NCBI GenBank assembly: GCA_051362555.1
Contig: CM120648.1
Coordinates: 4,770,587-4,834,586, forward strand
Direction: 5' to 3'
Length of the DNA: 64,000 nucleotides
From: Lingula anatina
Taxonomy: Eukaryota > Animalia > Brachiopoda
Made by a program: the position numbers and the translations under genes. Positions 55,121-64,000 of this stretch are shown here, piece by piece. The notes under the pieces were generated by a model. The model was given only the letters and a program-made list of their open reading frames with translations. It ran no database searches and was not told the origin of the DNA. Every line of letters begins with the position of its first letter. Position 1 is the first letter of the stretch.

Positions 55121-55940
55121 AAGAGGCAATCGGTGGCAATCGCCATCGGCTGTACCAATAATACGGTAGCGAGAGATATGTCAAGTGATCGGAATTCGGG
55201 CTTAAGATGCGGTTTGTTAGCATTGGTAATTACTGGTCGTAGATTGAGTGTTTAGATATCTCTGGGTTAGGATTTGGTCGACGTGATGACAATGCTCTAC
55301 AGTGTATGAGGATGAAGTGTGTTGCCAAGTACCCAGAAAAGCCGTAAAGAGCGAGCGAGAGAGAGAGAGAGAGAGAGAGAGATGCCTTTTCAAAGAAAAT
55401 AAAGTGTCCAAAATATTTAACTTTGTAAGAGACAAGATATTTATGTAGTCAATGAGACTGCAAGGAAATATATCCCACGATCATTATATGTCTGGCCAAC
55501 GACTTTATTTCTAGTATCATCTAAACTCCCACCAACTGGACAACCCTACCGAGTAATCAGAAACGCAAAGAACCGTCTAGGGTCTTTGGCGAATTAATAA
55601 TAGGCTGAATTAAACTACCCCTCGGACGGTTGTCATTATAGGTAAATAAAGATTAGGATAATGGCAGAAAATAAGTGCTGCTGGGAGCTCCGTGGTGTCT
55701 TAGCCCTGATTAATAAGAAAGAAAAACGCGAGAGATATCCAAGGTCATCAGCGCGTTCGGTAGGAAAAAAAGATGTTCTTTTTAATATCACGAATAAAAA
55801 CAATTTAACGTTCAGCAGTTAAAAATAACCCAGTTGCTAACATGCAAGTAGCAATGTGGGATATTCGCAGCTACATTTTCTGTTATTTATCATATTTAAC
55901 TATAAATATATGCAAAATTGCTTACAAAGTTGATACTTGG

Positions 55941-56013
<73 letters not shown>
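55941..56013. repeat. Compound (AT)n(AG)n microsatellite
   Basis: Visible directly. Confidence 0.95.
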
Positions 56014-56015
<2 letters not shown>

Positions 56016-57900
56016 TGGCACGATCGAAACATCATGCTTTAATTTTCTATCCTCTTGATTTCAAGCATATATTAACATAATAGGCCCTATCTCCTTTTGA
56101 AATGCAAGATGGTGACAATCAATCTAAAACCATTTGTTCAATATACCATGAGATGTCAATAAAAATACAGTACAGTAGACCAAGATCAGCATCGTTTGGC
56201 TCAAATATTAGACTCACTGAGGTAAACGGTATGATTTAGTGACAGATTCCTTAGCAAGGATTGAAATCAAGCGTCTACCTTCTGAAGTGACAGCTAAAAC
56301 AGTTTGTGTCAAAACAGAGCTAACCGTGGCCTTAATTGAAGTCCACGGAAAATACTTCACATCACGGACGTTTTTAATCACGAGAGCAATGATTCTGATG
56401 ACGATGAAATGATCTTCGCTTGTATAACCTCTCTCACCAAATTAACTCCCAATTGTTAAAAGTTCTAGATTGTTAGTCTATTTTACATGTACATTAAAGA
56501 AATCATGCCACCACGATTAACGTACATCTGACCACAGGCTAGCCTATGTAAACTTTATCTCTGGGAACCACCGTCATGTCCTCGGCTGATGGGGGAAGGA
56601 TGCATCCCGGAAGCCGGGTTTTATCTTTTCATTTCATGTTAACGAGTGTAGTGAATCAACACGAAACTGACGGAAAGGGGTGGGAAATGTTATACCACAA
56701 CTATTTTCCTGCAAGTGCTGTACACGCGCCAAGCGAGTAGCATGCGAGCTTCCTGCCTTCCGAGTAGACACGGTGCAGGAAGAAAAAATAACCAGTTTGT
56801 TTCTTCACGTTTGGTTAGGTTATTGGAACAATACAGCTTCCTCCTCCCTTATGGCATCAAATAGCAACGATTTCTTTACTCAACAAGGAATATACTGTAA
56901 TACCAATGTATTATAGTCGTGTTTCTCCACGTGTTGCAACTACAAAGTATCATTTTATCTGGGACTCGCCGAAACCGAAACTGTATTATTTCACATGAGA
57001 GCAAGCTACTATCTTAACAGGACATAAAAGTTTTTTCCTCCATTTTGAGAACACAGTGCTCTGCTGTATTGGTTGCGAAATACCAGGAACAAAATTCACC
57101 CACTTCCTTCTGAAATTACGTACGGATCATAATGTCTAATGTCACATAAGTTCATCCAAGCACAGTTTATAAAATTCCTGTTCTTCGAAATCAACATACC
57201 GCTGCGTTATTACTTGAGAGTAGTTTTTCTAGAATTTGGCATTTTCCAGTTTATGGGATAAATAACGATACTTCTTGCCCACAGTGTAAGTGGACCCAAA
57301 TTATAGGGTTTCATACACGTATAATATCAACACATAATCTGCCAGTACTATAGAGAAAAGCATTTGTGTCCTAAGTTTACCCAGTAGTTGGTTGAACTTT
57401 TATTAAATGTATCATTGTTACATAGTCAGGTTTCTTTGGAAAGGTTGTCTTTTAGGTCTCTTTTTTCATGACCCATCTTATTACGATAATTATACTTTCG
57501 AGAATTTATACTGTGACGCATACCGTGCGTTTTACCACGACGCGGATTTTCGTTATTTCAGGAAGAAAACACAAACTTTACTCTTGCCTTGTTTCAGGGG
57601 GAAACTCCCCAATTCCGCTGAAGTTGGTTTTTCAAATCAGAAAGCAAAGTCGTCATAAACGGTGAAAATTACTCAATTACTCCAATGCCGTGTTCAGATT
57701 TCAAGCGTAGGCCGCCCACATCGCTCTAATTAGTGAAGATAGTCGCCAGGAGATCTACGGATAAGAATGGGCGGGCATGAAAAGTAAGACGTTAACTGTT
57801 TAATTTCTTAATTGACTTCACCACACCTGTGTGGATTGCTTGACGGAGATTAAAGAAATTAAACATCCCTCTTCTCCTTAGTTTTCAACCGTTTCTACTT

Positions 57901-57925
57901 CATCATCATCATCATCCTCTCTCTC

Positions 57926-57967
<42 letters not shown>
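57901..57967. repeat. Compound (CAT)n(CT)n microsatellite
   Basis: Visible directly. Confidence 0.9.
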
Positions 57968-57971
<4 letters not shown>

Positions 57972-59501
57972 TACTTGAGGATAATGTATTTACTTTTTTA
58001 TTATTTCTTTAAAAACAAATCTCATTTTTTTTTACCAGTACCACTCCGTGCACAGTCACTTTATAAAGTTTTTGCTCAGTAAAGCCCACAAGACACATTT
58101 AATTCTTGAAAACACTTTTTTTTTCGAAAGTTTTAGGCGATTTAACCCATAAAACAGTACACACAGAAGGAAAATTAGGCCTTTTCTTTATTTTCAATCG
58201 AAAGGATAAAGAAGAGATGAGAACGAAATGTGGCGTTTCATTAATATTCTGACCCCGGGGTGTTAAGGGTCTCTTCTCCTTGTCTTCAGACGCGTAGTGT
58301 CACTTAAAGTGCCTTGAGAGAAGACGAGAGGGGAGAGGGAGAGCTCTCGCTGGCACCGGTTTGCCGGGCTCGGGGAGCAACGGTTTTCTCCACCTGGTTC
58401 ATCAACATTCAATATGGCAGTTATGATAGACACCGTGAAAAGATAATTAAACACGACAGGAACTCGGAGGGCAACGCGGACTTAACAAGTGCTGTTGTTG
58501 CAGAGCGCCAGCGGGGATCAGCCTGAATTAAATGACCGTGGTGTTTTTTTTCTTTTCTTTTTCGGTGCGTTATTTTTAATACTCTGTTGAGTGGAAAATC
58601 GCATACAGGCACGCAAGTGTCATGTAAAGATGTGTACCCTGATTGCACTTCCACTACAACACACACGTACAAGTGCCTAAAATTTCTAAATTTTACAACA
58701 AACTAAGAGACTCACTTCAAAGGACACGGCTATTTTTTTCCCTTAAACTAACCTGACTTCACAGAAAAAGAGAAGTGCTTATTTGTCCAAACGAAGCTTT
58801 ATTTGCTCAATTAAAACGTATATTTTGTTAGATTGACTTTCGCGTCTGGTAGCTTTTCATTACTTAATTAGCGGTGTTGATAAGAGAAAGATTAAATAAA
58901 CTAGCAAAGTAGCAACCGATCAACTAGACAGGAGACAAAGAGTGAGAGAAAAAGAGAGAGAGGGAGAGAGAGAGAGAGAGAGATGGAGAGAGAGAAAACC
59001 TACCACTTGGTCATTTTATTCCAAATAACAGCAATTGCGTGAGGTCCGAAAGACTATTATAACAAACAAAACAAACAAGTAGCCTCGCTGGTTGAACAAA
59101 TAGATTGAATAAAAACTCAGTATCCTAAAAAAACGGTGGGGTTTATTTTGACATCTGTCTGGGTTATCTGAAACAACGATGTTCTTTGTCTTGAGACAGA
59201 GTACGACATGTCAAACTGCGGGCAAAACTCGGTACGCAAAAATGAAGAATAACACAGAGAATAAACACGACAAGAATATAGACAGTTCGTGAAAAGGTTA
59301 CTGGATGGGGGAAAAAAGAAAGAAAGGAAAAACCGGTTTCAACTGAAGTGAAGTGCTTTCTGCGAATAAGAACGGATAATGTGGAAAATGAGTGTCATGA
59401 AACAAGCAATATTTGGGTACATTAAGATATTTTAAGGCCAAAATGTATCAAATATGCCAGTTTTATGTCCATGGACACCCTCCCCATTCTAAACAAATAT
59501 A

Positions 59502-59510
59502 ATACATACA

Positions 59511-59539
<29 letters not shown>
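59502..59539. repeat. (ATAC)n microsatellite
   Basis: Visible directly. Confidence 0.9.
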
Positions 59540-59541
<2 letters not shown>

Positions 59542-60639
59542 GCACAAACAAACACACACACAAATTTAAAAGAGTTTGTACAGTTTCCTGTTGGTCATTC
59601 CAGGTCAAGAATTAAGCTCACAGATTTCGGTTAGCAGGCAGGGAAACATATAGCCCATATTACTAATCATCTAAATAAAAATCAACTTCTTCATTTTATA
59701 ACAATTTCAGAAAATTTGATATCTATCACTTTCTTTTATAAACCTGCAAACCTATTAGACACATGAACTGACAAAACTATTATAAAAAGAAACTACAAAT
59801 CAACAATGGAATATCTTTGCTTGACGTCTCACGCACTGTCATCATGCACCTCCCAAACTCACGCCATTTCTTTCTCAGGTAGGCTTTGGCAAGCCAAAAG
59901 GCACGCAAGGGCGCAATCCTTAAATCCCAGATGGTCAGACGGCCTTCCACGCGCACGCGACACGCTTTAAAAGTACTCGGCGCACGCCGCTGCACGTGCT
60001 TCAGATGGATATCAATGAAAGCGAGCGAGCTCACGAGGCGTACCAGTAACGCCGCGCGTGTATTCCCTACCGGTCGGATGTGTTCATTATTATATATTGA
60101 CATATTCTATTAAAATGTCCATAAAAATTCACCAGAGGTGAAACAGGTATCCTTTCACGAATTCTATATACCACTGCCTGTTGTGTCTTGTACAATGTAA
60201 GTAACATTAAAATTTTCTCTGGGAGACGCTTCGTCTAGGTTGCTTTCTTGAAAACAAGCTCGAGAAAATGGCGGTTGATAAATGTACTATGTTAGTTCAC
60301 ACCCGGGACGAAAGACACTCTACCCTCTGTAATTTGGAACGATTCTTAAAATTAGATTCTCAAAATGCACCATAATCTTTCCAAGTATCCAAGCAGTCAA
60401 ATCTGGTTGAACGTCAAGTGTTTTTCTTCAATGACTTGTGGTGCGAAGCAAAAAAAAAGTTTACTCTGGAAGATTTGATACAGTCACATCTGTGCATCAT
60501 TGTTTGAATCAGTTTTCAGAAAATAAAAAAAAAAACGTTATGTTTTATTGATATTTGATAAGTGCCAGCGTATCGTAGAATCTATCAGCCCTTGTAGACG
60601 ACAGAAATCTGGTGCATTAAGATTAGAGAGAACGTATTA

Positions 60640-60898
60640 GGCTTCGTTCACATGCAATGTCTATTTTCTAAATTCTATTTTCTATTTGCGGCATGTCTTA
60701 TGATCACGGTCTGTGCACTGAATATCCCGCCGCGTAGTTACTGGCAGCGCGAGCCAGTTACTATAAGTTACTATAAGTAACTGGCTCGCGCTGCCAGTAA
60801 TTACGCCGCGGGATATTCAGTGCACAGACCGTGATCATAAGACATGCCGCAAATAGAAAATAGAATTTAGAAAATAGACATTGCATGTGAACGAAGCC
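60640..60898. mobile_element. Palindromic Tourist/Harbinger-like MITE, copy 2
   Basis: Same ends as 26561-26817, TTA TSD at 60637-60639 and 60899-60901, ~122-bp arms around a 15-bp loop. Confidence 0.92.
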
Positions 60899-63800
60899 TT
60901 AAACAGTATAATCAGTGTAAGACCACTGACGCGTGATAAAATTGTTGATATTTTCAACTGACGGATAAATATATCTAAATGTCACACGACAATCTAGTAA
61001 GGACTTCCACTGGCTGTGGTGTTCACCAGTTACATAAGTAGTTTCTTCTTTTCCTACGTTTTTTCACGACAACAGCGAAAAATCAGACTGGAGGAATGTT
61101 GGAGTGTATGTCAATCATATTTTAGCTGTTGATTTGAAGAAACATTTTAGCTTAGACGGTCAGGGTTAAAAGTCAGGCAGAAAAACACACGCAGAAGACC
61201 CTACGTTGTTTGAAAAAAAGAACAACATATTTCGACGTGGGCATCGAGCATTTGTGTTGTCAAATATTATGATTGATTTAATTTGATAAGCTTGATAGTT
61301 CTAAAGGTTAACAGGATTTCGACGTTGGAGATATGCCTCGCGATTCCTGGCTCATTCTTCTCTACGCTTGGCGTTGTTACGCTCTAGGATATAGACAAGG
61401 TATTGTTGTATAAGTAGAGCAGTTTTAAAATACATTTCCCCTTTCATTTTCAGTTTCCACAATTGACTGTCTATTCATTCTTTTACAAATGTTTATGTTA
61501 TTCAGTTCATTATGTCACTTGTTTATTTGTTTGTTCACTCATTTATTTACAAATCAATCTGTTCATACACTGTATCATATAATTATTTACCTTACTATCA
61601 ATATTTTTTTTATTCCTTTATTATTTATCGATGTATTTCTTGATTCAGTGTAAAATTTTTTTTCGTGCGAAGATTTACAGAAAAAAAAAAACATTTAGAA
61701 ATTGCACTCCAGAACATCCTGATCTTCTTGTTTATTTAAGGAAGATACTCCAGGTTTATCTTTCTTAAACTGTTGAGTGCCTATATATATCAACTACCTA
61801 CAGAAACACACACTAAAATCACGACATATAAACTGAGCTTTCGCAAACTTCTATAAATTACCCATAAAAGATTAATATGATGCAATGCATCCGCACAAAA
61901 AATATTCTATTATCTCCCTTGCCAGCGTTTGCTATTTTTGTGATGAAAAGAAGGAGAAACAAATCAAACTGGTATTTTTTCACTACTTTTTATGAATCAA
62001 AAAGGGCTACAAAAGGTGTTTGAAAATAGTGATCAGTGCTTCACGAATTCGACCGGGTGGTAAATTAACATTGTGAAATTGCGAGGCAGAACAAAAAAAA
62101 GTTTTGCGGTAATAAGTTTTAAGTGCAGAACGACCTGTATGAATAGAAAGTAAGATAGTACGCTAGCACAGTGTGAAATGCGCGTGGGATCTTCGTAGGA
62201 AAACGCCTACTATACAAAGTACACAACTATTTTCCTTCCATTTTCATCTCACCCCACCAATATTCTACGGAACAAAGTTCGATCTCATCCCCTGTGAGTC
62301 AAAATATCGCATTCTTTAATATAAAGATGCACATCCGCCCAGACAGATGAAATTATTCGTTGTGTTTGTGTAGCGATCTGTTTAGATACAGATGTCTTGT
62401 TTTATGTGGTCGATAATATTTACGTCGGACGCGCTATCACGCCACTTGTGCTTCTATTATTCAAGCTTTTTGGACGGCACGAGTCCATTTTTGCCATCTT
62501 ACCGATCTGCATCTTGCGCGGCACTTCAGAATCGGGAATTAGTTTTCTTTGTGGTTGCCCCGACTGTGTGACGAGATAGACATCTTCCTGTCCATCCTGA
62601 CTTACCGGACCGCGAGTCCACTGAATAGAGGGTGGACAATGTTTCGGACGCTGGGGTTGTCTTCTCACCGGTCTCGTGCCGAAATGGTGGTTAATCGCTT
62701 GACGGGTGGACGGGTGCCACAGTAAATTGCATATATACCGAGGCCTTCAACTCGGAATGAAAAAAAGCGGAATAGCAGAGGATATGTGTGGGAGAATTTC
62801 ATTACATTACAGTTCTCAAAGTGCACAGGTTTCATGTTTATTGTGTTTGAAGAGAGGAAAAATACGTAAAAATAAAATGAATCTGTTGGCATGCCGCGTA
62901 GAAAACGCTATGAGGCGTATGTATGAATTTTGTCACCAAATGAATCTTGTTATGCCCGTGATTAATGTAGTTCAGTGTCATTTTTACAATGCAAATCAAT
63001 ACTACATATCATCGCTGTAATTTATTTTCATTTCCATGGAGACAATCTGACAGGCATGACTTTGCATCTTGTACCTCTTGATGTCTCGTGGTCCGCGTCC
63101 TCGTAAACAAAGGGTGGGCGTACATCGGTACCATCTAACTACACAGCTACGCCGCCCATGGCTCGGCGCCTATGTAGATAGGCCCCGTCGTCCCCGCCCT
63201 AAACGTGCCTTCGCCTCTCGTTTCGTTAAGTAGTTCTTGTTAATGATTAACAGCGATACATGTGAAATGTTTTTATTTCTTGCGAGAATCCATGTCTTTG
63301 AGTTCAATTTATGTTATGTTTTATGTTTTCCTGTCCCACGCAAAAAATCACCTTGTTTCATTTTAAATTTAGTACCAATGAATGCACATCTTCTTTCTAA
63401 CATGGTGCTAAATTATACTGCTTGTATTTGTTTTCCTTTTTGCATATTCTCTTTAACCCTTCTCTGTGTATGTTCATTCCAACCAAAATAAATCTTATAA
63501 TTTGAATTATCCATGCGATATTGTTGATCAAATTATCATCTATGCAAATAATCAACGGGACATTCGTACTGCACTCTACTCTTTTTCCATTTAATTAAAA
63601 TTTCCCTATGACTACATGGGATTGTGGGTTGCTGAAATCCACATCTCAATTCAAACCATCCATGTCCGAACTGGGTAATAAGCACCCAGGCTTATAATAC
63701 CAGCAAAGATGGCGCGCTCAGCGGGACAAGACGAACCACTACCCCAATCTTAAAATTCAAATTTTCGAAAAATAAAGTTTCTAAAAAATTAGAATGCCAA

Positions 63801-64000
63801 TCACCCGCCAGGGTCATGCCATACCCATCGTGTTAATGGAGCGTGTTTGTATTATCGGTTTGACGAGAGACAAGGCTATCATCCGACCATCGAGTTATCA
63901 CGACGCGTGTCAACCTTGTGTTGACAGATATAGATGCCAGCGGATGAGGGACAGACTGCCAAATATTATCATTGTATAGGACCGATTGAAAGGTACAGGG

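Overview
AT-rich, microsatellite-rich eukaryotic DNA, probably from a marine invertebrate (the taxon cannot be fixed from sequence alone). Only one protein-coding gene is supportable. It lies on the minus strand in three exons: 39699-39619 (signal peptide, missed by the ORF track), 15241-14826 and 14489-13211. The exons are joined by phase-compatible GT-AG introns of 24,377 and 336 bp. The spliced 591-aa product is a secreted polyprotein carrying 15 copies of an [N/G/H/S/A]-[I/V]-G-x-[L/V]-[I/L/M]-[N/Q]-[R/K/H]-W-type peptide (e.g. NIGRLINRWRG), bounded by KK/KR sites and acidic spacers, with Tyr-rich C-terminal peptides. I do not recognise it as any named neuropeptide family; it may be an undescribed neuropeptide or host-defence peptide system. 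The rest of the window is non-coding: PIF/Harbinger-type non-autonomous elements (two copies of a palindromic ~258-bp MITE and a 1.1-kb TIR element), older decayed fold-back elements, tandem duplications and microsatellites.
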